Source: Patescibacteria group bacterium (GTDB lineage Bacteria; Patescibacteriota; Minisyncoccia; Phycocordibacterales; Phycocordibacteraceae). Taken from it: a stretch of 64,000 bases of DNA. Under the pieces are notes generated by a model. The model made no database searches. It was not told where the DNA came from and saw only the letters and a program-made list of their open reading frames with translations. Shown in pieces: positions 29,885 through 39,057 of the stretch. Position 1 is the first letter of the stretch. Each line of letters begins with the position of its first letter. Where the stretch lies: positions 282,176 to 346,175 of the forward strand of contig JAIETW010000001.1 of assembly GCA_019744845.1 (NCBI GenBank), in the 5' to 3' direction. The position numbers and the translations under genes were made by a program.

Positions 29885-30298
29885 TTAGCTTGTGCGAATC
29901 TTCTTTCCCTCTTTGCCCCATTCAGTAAACCGCCACCACGTTGGAGAAAACGTGAAGAAAATCACATTCTCTCCCTGTGCCTTTGCCACCTTTTCCGGAA
30001 ACTTCGCGAGGTATGTGGCTTTAAGTGTCTCATCATTGGTAAGAGAGACCACTCCATCTAGCTGAAGTGTCTCCGTCTTCCCTTCTACAGTGCCCACCAC
30101 CACGGACGCACGAGAGGTCTCGCGTCCAAAAAGAGGCTCACTCTTCCGATATGTTTTGTCAGTCTCAAAAATAAAACAGAAAGGATCTTCGGCAGTTGCA
30201 AAATGGACCGTAGACGCATGAGGAGATCCGTCCATCATCTCCACTGCAACGACACAGGTTCGCTCCCCCTTTAAATACTCACGTATGTCCTGATCCAT
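29885..30298 (-). CDS. Pyridoxamine 5'-phosphate oxidase-like FMN-binding split-barrel protein
   Basis: Size and pattern (TCVVAV..DGSPHASTVHFA...) fit the PPOX/general-stress-26 family. Confidence 0.55.
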   Translation of the reverse strand: MDQDIREYLKGERTCVVAVEMMDGSPHASTVHFATAEDPFCFIFETDKTYRKSEPLFGRETSRASVVVGTVEGKTETLQLDGVVSLTNDETLKATYLAKFPEKVAKAQGENVIFFTFSPTWWRFTEWGKEGKKIRTS

Positions 30299-30307
30299 AT
30301 CCCAATA

Positions 30308-30607
30308 TTACACTGTTCGTGACCGAAGGACGCAGCGTGCCGTTACTTGCACACCTTCTTCAAGAGCTTCTGCCTTGCGTACCGCTGCCTTTATAGGAAG
30401 AAGGTACGGACCTTCTTTACTGGGGAATATGCTCGTGTCCCAGGTACTGGTGCCGATCGTGGCGCGAACAGGAACCGATCCCCACCCAAGTCGTCGCTTT
30501 TCTTGTGCTTTTATCTGTACTCCCTGTGCCTTGGTCGTAGAAAGGAAATACCAAGCCGCAGTTCCTTGGTATTTCCAGAGTGTTCCTTCAATCACCACTT
30601 CTTTCAT
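30308..30607 (-). CDS. DUF1905 domain protein
   Basis: WKYQGTAAWYFLS...GWGSVPVRATIGTSTWDTSIFPSKEGPYLLPIKAAVRKAEALEEGVQV matches the DUF1905 consensus. Start at MKEVV gives the typical ~100 aa. Confidence 0.6.
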   Translation of the reverse strand: MKEVVIEGTLWKYQGTAAWYFLSTTKAQGVQIKAQEKRRLGWGSVPVRATIGTSTWDTSIFPSKEGPYLLPIKAAVRKAEALEEGVQVTARCVLRSRTV

Positions 30608-30649
30608 ATGCGTAGAGGAGTATACCAAGTGATGGTATTCTTCCCTCAT

Positions 30650-31495
30650 ATGGCACACAAAGACGGACTGCGACCAGGCGACAGCTTTGCTCCTGAGGAA
30701 TGGAATTACCACGAAAGCACGGAGCTTCCCCCTAATTCTTCTTTGGGAGAAGTGTTCAAATTCGCCCACGGTCTGACCAAAGAACGTAACGAACGTAGAT
30801 TCCCTACTCCTCTTCACCGTACCAGCCACCTTGTTGACGGTGGAGGGGAGGTGCTTGATGCACTGCGTGTAGAAAACAAAGAGATCCTCCGTAAAGTCGG
30901 TGCAAAAGTTGCAATGCGTATTTTCAATGTGCTTCAGGGACTTGGCGAGCGCGACACTGCACTTATTGATGCGGTCATAGAGAAGTATTACTTCTACTCT
31001 GCGGACACACCTGAGGGTGGGTGTTGCTATTGTGGAGAGAAACCATGTGTCTGTGGTCTTGATAAGCCAAAGAAAGAACTAGTACGTGCAGACATGCCTC
31101 AAGAGGTGCGTGAGAAACTCGCGTCATGGACCTTCACTGACTGGCAGCGATACTTTGATGAACTCTACGGTGCGAACAACCGTGCACGTGGACTTACCCT
31201 AACCGCCGATCGGTTGACCTCTGAAATCATAGAGGCAAATACTGCGAGTCTCCGCATGAGCACCGCAATCTCTCCTGAACATGTAGACGCACAGAGGAAA
31301 GCACTGCTCCTTGAGCTTGCAGATTCATTTGCCTGGCTTGCGGGCCTCTACAACGTGCTTGGCACTTCCTTTGAGAACGCGCCAAAGCTAGACGATGAAT
31401 TTATTGCCATCTATGGTAACGGCTGCCCTAACTGCAAAAAGTTCCCGTGTGTCTGTGGCGCATTTGGCTATGTCGCTGATCGTAAGCAGAAGTAA
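30650..31495 (+). CDS. Tandemly duplicated MazG-like nucleotide pyrophosphohydrolase, each half ending in a Cys4 motif
   Basis: Two homologous halves. The second has an EIIEA...ELADSFAWL MazG-type motif. Each ends in CCYCGEKPCVCG / CPNCKKFPCVCG. Start inferred at MAHKDG, back-to-back with the DUF1905 gene. Confidence 0.5.
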   Translation: MAHKDGLRPGDSFAPEEWNYHESTELPPNSSLGEVFKFAHGLTKERNERRFPTPLHRTSHLVDGGGEVLDALRVENKEILRKVGAKVAMRIFNVLQGLGERDTALIDAVIEKYYFYSADTPEGGCCYCGEKPCVCGLDKPKKELVRADMPQEVREKLASWTFTDWQRYFDELYGANNRARGLTLTADRLTSEIIEANTASLRMSTAISPEHVDAQRKALLLELADSFAWLAGLYNVLGTSFENAPKLDDEFIAIYGNGCPNCKKFPCVCGAFGYVADRKQK

Positions 31496-32122
31496 CTACT
31501 TCTCATCAATCCACTTCACACCGCTCCGCTCAAACTGACGTTTTAAATCCTCTTTTACCGCATCAAGAAAATCCTTGAGTTCAGGGAAATGGTGTGTTGC
31601 CTCATCAAAGGCGTCTACTGCCTTATTGGCATAGTCCGCATGGAACTCCTTCGGGATGTACATCTGCACCTCCCCTTCGGCGATGTGGAGGAACCCTTCA
31701 ATCTTGTCCAGCGCTTTAATAAACTTCGCCTCAGTCGTTTCCTGCGCTTCGTATTCCTTCCATAGGGTATAAATGCGATCTCCAAACGAAATATCTCCTG
31801 TCATTTCGCGCATCGTACTTTCTTCCTCCTGTTCTTTTGCTTGTAAGACTTGATTCCCTCCCTGTATCTGCGTGTACGCGTCTACATCCCCCGAGCGCGC
31901 TTCGCCAAGATCATGAATGAGTGCAAGTGCCAGCGCATGGCTCATATCCACCTGTATGTTGCATTCAGATCCTATGACGTAGGCCATGAGTCCAAGGCGC
32001 CATGAGTGTTCAGCAACGGTGTTACGACCCCCTCGGAGTGAGGAGCTATAGCGCTCTTTGGATTCAAGTGCCTTACTTCTATGTAAGAAGGTGAGGATGT
32101 CACGTACTTGGGTTCGTTGCAT
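31496..32122 (-). CDS. HD-domain phosphohydrolase (YfbR-like 5'-deoxynucleotidase family)
   Basis: VAEHSWRL...ALIHDLGEARSGD, an H..HD..D metal-binding pattern. Confidence 0.75.
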   Translation of the reverse strand: MQRTQVRDILTFLHRSKALESKERYSSSLRGGRNTVAEHSWRLGLMAYVIGSECNIQVDMSHALALALIHDLGEARSGDVDAYTQIQGGNQVLQAKEQEEESTMREMTGDISFGDRIYTLWKEYEAQETTEAKFIKALDKIEGFLHIAEGEVQMYIPKEFHADYANKAVDAFDEATHHFPELKDFLDAVKEDLKRQFERSGVKWIDEK

Positions 32123-32145
32123 ACGGTCGGATAAGTATAACCTTG

Positions 32146-32173
32146 CTGGCTGTCTTGGACGATGTGGGAACCC
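32146..32173. repeat. Copy B of the ~24-bp motif (ggctgtcttggacgatgtgggaaccc)
   Basis: Direct repeat of copy C. Together they flank the low-GC gene 32185..32730. Confidence 0.5.
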
Positions 32174-32184
32174 TTCTGGATTCT

Positions 32185-32730
32185 TTATATTCCTGAATAC
32201 TCGCTGCTTAACCGGGTCGTTGAACCTGTGCGCACATCAAGGTTCCACTTTTCAAAGACACCTCCCCCGCCATCTCCACTGGAAGCGGTGAAGAATACCG
32301 TGTTTTCATCTATAAAGCGCAAGCTATCAGGATCAATTCCCGGACCTCCCGTGTAAGAACCAATGTATTCAATAGAAGGAGTATATGCCCACGTAGACTC
32401 AAGGAAGAAATAGCACGTTGGCGGTCCATAAGGGCCACATGAAGAATCATTTATTCCCCGCTCAACTACCACATACAGTCCATCATAATGATGGGTGGTG
32501 GTTGAGAATTCTGAAACAAATTGGTTTCTTACAATACTAACGACTTTAAATTTAGAACTTTCATATAACTCAGGAGTTGAGAAGCCACTTACTGCCTCAG
32601 CATTCAAAGAAACTTCTGGCGAGGTATTTGAGCTTAAGTCTCTATTTTTTGTATAAACAATAAAAATAACAACACTGACTACAATTACTAGAACGATACC
32701 CACTCCAATTCGTCCTATTTTTGTATTCAT
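32185..32730 (-). CDS. Hypothetical membrane-anchored protein in a low-GC insert
   Basis: N-terminal TM. Visibly AT-richer than the flanks. Bounded by direct copies of the 24-bp motif. Confidence 0.4.
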   Translation of the reverse strand: MNTKIGRIGVGIVLVIVVSVVIFIVYTKNRDLSSNTSPEVSLNAEAVSGFSTPELYESSKFKVVSIVRNQFVSEFSTTTHHYDGLYVVVERGINDSSCGPYGPPTCYFFLESTWAYTPSIEYIGSYTGGPGIDPDSLRFIDENTVFFTASSGDGGGGVFEKWNLDVRTGSTTRLSSEYSGI

Positions 32731-32756
32731 ACAGTAAACATACTATCACCAAGTGC

Positions 32757-32785
32757 TGACTGTCTTGGACGATGTTGGAACCAGA
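32757..32785. repeat. Copy C of the ~24-bp motif (gactgtcttggacgatgttggaaccag)
   Basis: See copies A and B. Confidence 0.5.
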
Positions 32786-33214
32786 TTATGCTGCTGGTCT
32801 TTCCCCCAAATCCTGGTAGAAGCGTAGCAGATATCCATCTGGGTCTTGCACCCAGAACTGTCTGTTCCCTCCCTCTGTTGCGCCAGTCCTATACCACTTA
32901 TCTTCCATCTCACTAAAAATTGGATAGGCGTTGTCTTTGAAATTCGTGTACAGAGCCTCAACGTCTTCAACTTCTATCTGAAAGTGCATTCCTCGGCCTA
33001 GTGGATATTCCAACGCTCCGACCTGCATAGTGCGGCTTTTCTCTGTAAGAGATTCAATCATGACCCACGCCCTCCCTTTACTGAGCATCGCAAACTCTTC
33101 TTCTGGTCGTTGGTATTCAACGTCAAACTGAGCGAGTTTCGTATAAAACTCACGACTCTTATTGAAGTCAGTGACTTTCAACTCAGGAATGAGTGCGGGC
33201 GACTTTCTTTCCAT
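32786..33214 (-). CDS. VOC-family (glyoxalase/bleomycin-resistance-like) protein
   Basis: Paired beta-alpha-beta-beta-beta modules. MHFQIEVEDVEAL is typical of the family. Confidence 0.6.
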   Translation of the reverse strand: MERKSPALIPELKVTDFNKSREFYTKLAQFDVEYQRPEEEFAMLSKGRAWVMIESLTEKSRTMQVGALEYPLGRGMHFQIEVEDVEALYTNFKDNAYPIFSEMEDKWYRTGATEGGNRQFWVQDPDGYLLRFYQDLGERPAA

Positions 33215-33235
33215 GCGTCTATCTTACCTTACGAG

Positions 33236-33306
33236 CTGCGGGACTAGGACTCGAACCTAGATAAACGCCTCCAGAGGGCGCTGTCCTACCATTAGACGAT
33301 CCCGCA
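33236..33306 (-). tRNA. tRNA-Gln (anticodon CTG)
   Basis: Cloverleaf with U1:A72 and G73 (Gln identity elements), U8, anticodon loop CUCUGGA, T-loop TTCGAGT. No encoded CCA. Confidence 0.8.
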
Positions 33307-33371
33307 ATATTGAGAGCGGCAGGAGCCGCCTCAATCTGCGCACGATACTTTAAAATCTGCTTTCCTTCAAC

Positions 33372-33794
33372 CTATCCGAAGTACCCAAGGATAGCACCCA
33401 TGAGGAGCAGAGATACGAGATAGTAGGACGCATTCAGTACCCAGAGCGTGATGGACTTCCCTTCCCAGAGATACGCACCGGCCGTAAGAGGGACGGCGAA
33501 ACCAAGCCAGTACCAGAATGCACCCATCATTCCTCCCGCAACTCCTGTCGTGCCCAGATACGCATTCCCGAACACAATCCCGTGCGCAAGCACATACGCC
33601 ATAAGCAGCGTGGTGATGAGTCCAAGCCCCATTGCCATCGCAGGTGAGAGCTTCATTGCTTTCATTCCTTCCGGGGTAAGTCCTATCATTCCCATCCACT
33701 GTTTTCCAAACAGTGGACCATACCAAAGTGCACCAAGAATGATTGCGGCAACTGCTGCACCAAGCACTGCCCAATAGTTAATGATTATTTCCAT
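33372..33794 (-). CDS. DUF1761 family membrane protein
   Basis: INYWAVLGAAVAAIILGALWYGPLFGKQWM matches the DUF1761 N-terminal signature. Four TM helices. Confidence 0.5.
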   Translation of the reverse strand: MEIIINYWAVLGAAVAAIILGALWYGPLFGKQWMGMIGLTPEGMKAMKLSPAMAMGLGLITTLLMAYVLAHGIVFGNAYLGTTGVAGGMMGAFWYWLGFAVPLTAGAYLWEGKSITLWVLNASYYLVSLLLMGAILGYFG

Positions 33795-33854
33795 ACGTCT
33801 ATGTGGTTATGTACTAAGTATATACCTGATGCTATAGTGCTCCTGGAATTATTA

Positions 33855-33946
33855 GTATCCAGAGCGCGACGAGGGATCTGGCCCTTTGACTCGCCGGCAA
33901 CCTGTAAAAATACAAGGTGCCTCCAGCCCCGTATGGGGGACGATAC
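33855..33946 (+). promoter_or_regulatory. SAM-I (S-box) riboswitch in the metK leader
   Basis: GUAUCCAGAGCGCGACGAGGGAUCUGGCCCUUUGACUCGCCGGCAACC...GGUGCCUCCAGC...GAUAC matches the S-box consensus (AUCaAGAG.GG.GGAGGGA.UGGCCC.AUGA..CCGGCAACC...GGUGC.A.UCCAGC). A P1 helix GUAUC/GAUAC closes it. Confidence 0.65.
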
Positions 33947-33956
33947 CTACTATCTA

Positions 33957-33990
33957 TCATCCCGCATACGCGGGATTTGCGTTTATGTTT
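33957..33990 (+). terminator. Putative riboswitch expression-platform terminator (atcccgc-ata-gcgggat + U-tract)
   Basis: Hairpin followed by tttgcgtttatgttt. The U-tract runs into the metK start codon, so the exact mechanism is uncertain. Confidence 0.35.
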
Positions 33991-35037
33991 CATCTACTTA
34001 CCCACTACACCACCGAAAGCGTGACGCGAGGGCACCCTGACAAAGTCTGTGACCAGATCTCAGATGCTATTCTTGATGCCTGCCTCGCTGAGGATCCACA
34101 GTCCCGTGTCGCGGTAGAAACGTTCGGGAGCCATGGCACTTTAATGATCGGGGGTGAAATCACCACAAACGCAAAACCAAATTGCGAGGCAATTGCTCGT
34201 AAAGTATATGAAGACATCGGGTACACCGAGGAGCTGGATATCCTCTCTCGTGTCGTCTCTCAGTCTCCTGATATTGCGATGGGAGTAGATACGGGTGGTG
34301 CCGGTGATCAAGGCATCATGTATGGATACGCTACTGATGAAACTCCTGAGTATCTTCCGAAAGGAGTGGTGCTTGCGCACGCACTTGCACGAAGGCTTGA
34401 GAAACTCCGTACGGATGGCACCCTCCCCTATTTGCGCCCTGATGGGAAAACCCAGGTGACAATCAAAGAGGGACAAGTAGTGACCGCGCTCACCTCTACT
34501 CAACATGCAGAGGAGGCAGATCTCAAAGATATTGAGCGCGATCTTAAAGAACATCTCTTCACTCCCGTACTTGGAAGTCTTGAGGGTATAGAAATACTGG
34601 TGAATCCTACAGGACGTTTTGTACAGGGAGGCTTTGAAGCAGATGCCGGACTCACGGGGCGCAAGATCATGGTGGATACCTACGGTGGCCTCATCCCCCA
34701 CGGTGGAGGCTGTTTCTCTGGGAAAGACTCAACAAAAGTGGACCGTTCTGCAGCATACATGTGCCGTTTCGTGGCAAAGAACTTGGTCGCAAACGGCTAC
34801 GCAAAGAAAGCATTGGTTTCCGTCGCGTACGCCATCGGACGCGTAGAGCCCGTGATGGTGGAAGCCTTCGGTGACGATGGAAAGAATCTCACCGACATTG
34901 TGACCAAGAACTTTGACTTCCGTCCACGAGAAATAGAAAAGCGCCTCCAACTACGTCGCCCTATCTTCCAAGAAACCGCAGCGTATGGACACTTCGGTGT
35001 AGACGGACGCCCCTGGGAAGCAGTAGAAAAGATCTAA
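33985..35037 (+). CDS. metK: S-adenosylmethionine synthetase
   Basis: ESVTRGHPDKVCDQISDAILDA, GAGDQGIMYGYA, TGRKIMVDTYGG and DRSAAY are all MetK signatures. Start at MFHLL. Confidence 0.92.
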   Translation: MFHLLTHYTTESVTRGHPDKVCDQISDAILDACLAEDPQSRVAVETFGSHGTLMIGGEITTNAKPNCEAIARKVYEDIGYTEELDILSRVVSQSPDIAMGVDTGGAGDQGIMYGYATDETPEYLPKGVVLAHALARRLEKLRTDGTLPYLRPDGKTQVTIKEGQVVTALTSTQHAEEADLKDIERDLKEHLFTPVLGSLEGIEILVNPTGRFVQGGFEADAGLTGRKIMVDTYGGLIPHGGGCFSGKDSTKVDRSAAYMCRFVAKNLVANGYAKKALVSVAYAIGRVEPVMVEAFGDDGKNLTDIVTKNFDFRPREIEKRLQLRRPIFQETAAYGHFGVDGRPWEAVEKI

Positions 35038-35798
35038 ACCTTTTCTAGCATCGCCACAATAGCGGCATGATCTGAGACTCCGAGCCGCAATGACACATCC
35101 CTTGCCTCATACTCCGGTGAGGTAAAGAGCCCATCTACCATAAGTTTGGAGAGGTTCTCTCCATCTGTTTCTCCTGCCCGGTGTACTGAGATATCAAGAC
35201 TGGTCTTGTAATGGACAGGAATGTTGTCTTTGTACTCCCTGGCCAGCAATGAAAAGATCTCTCCTCCACGCGGTGCATTGAAATCCCCGCACACAATGAC
35301 GGGAGATTCTTTTTTCAATAGTGAAAGAAGTGCCCGTATGTCCGTGCGCTGATACTCATCTGCATTCCCTCTCGGAGTCCATGTGAAGTGCGTGGTGCCA
35401 ATACGATATAGTGCTCCCTCGTACATCACCTCAGACACCGCAAGCACACAGTGCTGCGTCTTCCGTTTCTCTTCTGGAGAGCCGTCAATAAATACAGGCA
35501 TGTCCTCTGCCGAACGATGGTAGTAATGCACGACCTCACGCGAGCGCGGCAGACGAGTGATGATCCCCACCCCCATCACGACGGTTTCCCCCTTCGGTGC
35601 AATGCGAGTTCCTGCAGGGAGCACCATCATTGGTGCATAGAAACACTTCCCGCCCATCAACTCTTCAAGGAGCGGAATGTCCGACTTCAACAGTTCCTGT
35701 ATACAAAGTACGTCTGGTTGTGCCTCTTCTATAAAGGCTTGCACCTTCTCTAGATGAAGGCCTCCTTCAATATTTATGGAAACAAGCGAGAGCGCCAC
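35034..35798 (-). CDS. Endonuclease/exonuclease/phosphatase (EEP) family protein
   Basis: SINIEGG...DVLCIQEL N-terminal motif and a C-terminal GVSDHAAIVA (SDH) motif. Confidence 0.7.
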   Translation of the reverse strand: MALSLVSINIEGGLHLEKVQAFIEEAQPDVLCIQELLKSDIPLLEELMGGKCFYAPMMVLPAGTRIAPKGETVVMGVGIITRLPRSREVVHYYHRSAEDMPVFIDGSPEEKRKTQHCVLAVSEVMYEGALYRIGTTHFTWTPRGNADEYQRTDIRALLSLLKKESPVIVCGDFNAPRGGEIFSLLAREYKDNIPVHYKTSLDISVHRAGETDGENLSKLMVDGLFTSPEYEARDVSLRLGVSDHAAIVAMLEKV

Positions 35799-35800
35799 GA

Positions 35801-37447
35801 CTATTTTGACTGCACACGATTCTTTGCAGCTTTCATGAACTCGGTGAACAAAGGATGCGGTGCGAGAGGGCGTGCCTGAAGTTCTGGATGGAACTGCGTA
35901 CCGAGGAAGAATGGATGTACCTCACGAGGAAGCTCTGCAATTTCCATCAGCACGCCATCTGGTGACTTTCCAGAGAATACGACACCTGCGCCTTCAAGTT
36001 TAGGAATGTATTCAGGATTTACCTCATAGCGATGACGGTGGCGCTCCTCTACTTTGTCTTTCTTATACGCGTCGCGCGCAATAGTGCCCTTCCCAAGCTC
36101 TGCCGTGTAGGAACCAAGACGCATAGTGCCACCGTAGTCTGCGGTTGCAATGATGTCCTTCTGCTCTGGCATCACGTCAATAATTGGGTGTGGGCAGGTA
36201 GGATTGATCTCTACCGTGTGAGCACCTTCAAGACCAATGCCGTGGCGCGCAATCTCCACCATCGCAAGCTGCATACCGTAGCAAAGACCAAAGTATGGGA
36301 TCTGGTTCTCGCGTGCGTAACGAATGGTGTTGATCTTTCCTTCAATGCCCGTCTCTCCGAATCCTCCTGGCACGATAATGCCGTCGTAGGTCGCAAGACG
36401 ATCCATGTTCTTCCCTTCTTGGAAGTCTTTGGCGTTAATCCAATCAATCTTTGCAGTCACTCCGACTTCTGCTGCAGAGAATTTAATCGCCTCAATCACG
36501 GAAAGGTACGCATCAGAAAGAATATAGTCCCCCGTATCAAAGTATTTCCCGACAATACCGATAGTCACCTCAGGACCGCCTGCAGAAATACGCCCGACAA
36601 ACTGCTCCCATTCCTTAAGATCAGAGTTGCCACGCTTCAAATCAAGCTCATCAAGAATCATGTTCCCAAAGTCATCCTTCTCAAAGTTGAGTGGCACATC
36701 GTAAATAGAATTCACATCTGGTGCAGAGATGATGTGCTCAGGAGGCACGTTCGTAGAAATCGCGAGCTTCTCTTTACGCTTCTCATCAAGACGCTCTTTT
36801 GCGCGCGCAATAATAAAGTCAGGCTGCACTCCGTATGCATTCAATTCACGCACTGCACTCTGCGTCGGCTTCGTCTTCATCTCTCCGAGCGTGGACGGTA
36901 CTGGAAGGAAGGACACCATGACAAACAAGACATCATCCTTGTGATGCATCTTAAGTACGCGTGCTGCTTCTATGTAGAGCGCATTCTGGAAATCACCCAC
37001 CGTGCCTCCGATCTCAATCACAGAAATCTGACTGCCATTGTGTGCAGCAGCGGCTTCAATGCGGCGAAGAATCTCATCACGCACATGTGGAATCGCTTCT
37101 ACACATTTACCTCCGTACTTAAGCGCACGCTCTGCTTCAATCACCGACTTGTACACCATGCCTGAAGTCATGTAATCTTCAGGACCAAGATCGCGTCCGA
37201 GGAACCGCTCGTAGTTCCCCATATCCTGATCAGTCTCAAGACCCGAGTTAAGCACGAACACTTCTCCGTGTTCGGTTGGGTTCATCGTTCCCGCGTCTAC
37301 GTTCAAGTACGGATCTATCTTTACGAGATTCACTTTATATCCACGACGATTCAAGATAAGACCAATGGAAGAAGAAGCGATGCCCTTTCCGACGCCGCTC
37401 ATCACCCCGCCTATCACGAATATGTACTTGTGACCTTTGGTCGCCAT
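35801..37447 (-). CDS. pyrG: CTP synthase
   Basis: YIFVIGGVMSGVGKGI N-terminus. C-terminal glutamine amidotransferase domain with GLCYGMQ and H/E residues. Confidence 0.95.
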   Translation of the reverse strand: MATKGHKYIFVIGGVMSGVGKGIASSSIGLILNRRGYKVNLVKIDPYLNVDAGTMNPTEHGEVFVLNSGLETDQDMGNYERFLGRDLGPEDYMTSGMVYKSVIEAERALKYGGKCVEAIPHVRDEILRRIEAAAAHNGSQISVIEIGGTVGDFQNALYIEAARVLKMHHKDDVLFVMVSFLPVPSTLGEMKTKPTQSAVRELNAYGVQPDFIIARAKERLDEKRKEKLAISTNVPPEHIISAPDVNSIYDVPLNFEKDDFGNMILDELDLKRGNSDLKEWEQFVGRISAGGPEVTIGIVGKYFDTGDYILSDAYLSVIEAIKFSAAEVGVTAKIDWINAKDFQEGKNMDRLATYDGIIVPGGFGETGIEGKINTIRYARENQIPYFGLCYGMQLAMVEIARHGIGLEGAHTVEINPTCPHPIIDVMPEQKDIIATADYGGTMRLGSYTAELGKGTIARDAYKKDKVEERHRHRYEVNPEYIPKLEGAGVVFSGKSPDGVLMEIAELPREVHPFFLGTQFHPELQARPLAPHPLFTEFMKAAKNRVQSK

Positions 37448-37449
37448 AC

Positions 37450-38364
37450 CTAGACTTTAAGGTATTTCCGCACTGCAAACCAGCTCGCGACCCCTCCAAG
37501 TACGACCCCAGATCCGACCAAGGTGAGGAAGATCATCGGGAAATGGTCTAGATAGTAGGTAAAGAGGTTAAACCCGCCCAGCCAGCCGCTCGCGCTTTCG
37601 CCTATATACCAGGCTATCGGATAGAACACGACTAAGGTAATCACTGCCGAAAGGAGGCCTGCGATGATGCCTGCCACCACGAAGGGCGCCCGAATATACA
37701 TGTTGGAAGCTCCCACGAGGCGCATCACGGCAATCTCGTCACGAGCGGTGTAGATTGCAAGACGGATGGTGGCAAAGATAATGGTGGCTGAGGCAAGGGC
37801 AAATAGCGCCACAATGACTGCTCCTGCGCTCTCAGTGGCCCGAATCGCAGAGGTGAGGCGATCAATCACCGTCTTGTTTTGGAAATAGTTAATACGATCA
37901 ATGATGACCTCATTACTTATGTCGTCCGAAAGGAAGCGGACGATGCTCTCATACTGTCCCGGATCCTTTGCTTTCACTGCAAGAGAGGCGCCAAGTGGGT
38001 TCTCTCCAAGCTCTTCAAGCGCCTGAAGGGTCAATTGATCATCTGCATGTCGCTCACGGAATTCTGCAAGTGCCTTATCACGAGAGGTATAGGTCACCAC
38101 GGCCACTTCAGGAAGTGTCGCAAGCTGGTCTCGTACTAAAAGAATCTCTGGCTCACTTGCGGTCGTCACAAAATAAATATTCACGTCCACCTTGTCTTCA
38201 ATTGCGGCAAGGGTGTAGGAGAGAATCGCTGAGAGGAAGATCAAGAACCCGACAATCATCAGGGTCACCGTCATCACGAGCACGGTCGCAAAGGAGACAG
38301 AGCCACTTCGCATGAAGCTCTTTGCTCCTCCTCCAATCATTCGCTTTAGCATCGTGAAGTTCAT
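37450..38364 (-). CDS. ftsX: Cell-division ABC transporter permease FtsX
   Basis: N-terminal TM, large periplasmic loop, three C-terminal TM helices. Directly follows ftsE. Confidence 0.8.
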   Translation of the reverse strand: MNFTMLKRMIGGGAKSFMRSGSVSFATVLVMTVTLMIVGFLIFLSAILSYTLAAIEDKVDVNIYFVTTASEPEILLVRDQLATLPEVAVVTYTSRDKALAEFRERHADDQLTLQALEELGENPLGASLAVKAKDPGQYESIVRFLSDDISNEVIIDRINYFQNKTVIDRLTSAIRATESAGAVIVALFALASATIIFATIRLAIYTARDEIAVMRLVGASNMYIRAPFVVAGIIAGLLSAVITLVVFYPIAWYIGESASGWLGGFNLFTYYLDHFPMIFLTLVGSGVVLGGVASWFAVRKYLKV

Positions 38365-38367
38365 AGG

Positions 38368-39048
38368 CTAGAGAATATAGTGACCATTCTTATCATCGCG
38401 CACGACCTTTCCCTTCTCCATCGTAATCACGCGCTTCCCCATCGCATCCACGACACCTTTGTTGTGCGTCGTGATGATGACGGTGGTACCGAGCTCATTA
38501 ATCTTTTTCAAGATCTCAATAATCTCGTACGTGTTCACGGGATCAAGGTTTCCGGTTGGTTCATCTGCCACAATCAAATCTGGTTGGTTGATGATGGCGC
38601 GACCAATCGCCACACGCTGCTGCTCTCCACCTGAAAGCTGCGATGGAAAATGGTCTGCCTTATCTCCAAGATCGACGAGGTCAAGAATGTAGGGGACATC
38701 GGACGCAATCTCATCATCCGCACGTCCTGCTGCCTCCATTGCAAACGCAATGTTCTCGTAGGCAGTCTTGTTGGGGATAAGGCGGAAATCCTGGAACACA
38801 GTTCCAATCTTGCGGCGATAGTGATGGAGAGAACTGGAAGGAAGGGTGTGAATATCCACCTCCTCAAAGAAGACTGCGCCCTGGGAAGGCTTCTCCTGTG
38901 CCAGGAGCATTTTAATGAGAGTGGTTTTCCCTGCACCTGAGTGGCCGACGATAGAAACGAACTCTTTTGGAGAGATGCCGAGTGTCACATCGGAGAGAGC
39001 AGGAGTTCCATCGCGATACTCTTTCGTTACGTTGTCGAAGTAGATCAT
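38368..39048 (-). CDS. ftsE: Cell-division ABC transporter ATPase FtsE
   Basis: GHSGAGKTT Walker [15 protein letters not shown] signature, [11 protein letters not shown] Walker B. Confidence 0.9.
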   Translation of the reverse strand: MIYFDNVTKEYRDGTPALSDVTLGISPKEFVSIVGHSGAGKTTLIKMLLAQEKPSQGAVFFEEVDIHTLPSSSLHHYRRKIGTVFQDFRLIPNKTAYENIAFAMEAAGRADDEIASDVPYILDLVDLGDKADHFPSQLSGGEQQRVAIGRAIINQPDLIVADEPTGNLDPVNTYEIIEILKKINELGTTVIITTHNKGVVDAMGKRVITMEKGKVVRDDKNGHYIL

Positions 39049-39057
39049 ATAACCGAG

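Noticed and set aside
30347-30649. Upstream extension of the MazG-like ORF (MHTFFKSF...) and the longer DUF1905 ORF (MAGTVKRS...)
   Set aside because: The extensions overlap each other antisense over ~300 bp. Internal starts (MAHKDG at 30650, MKEVV at 30607) give family-typical lengths and a clean divergent arrangement.
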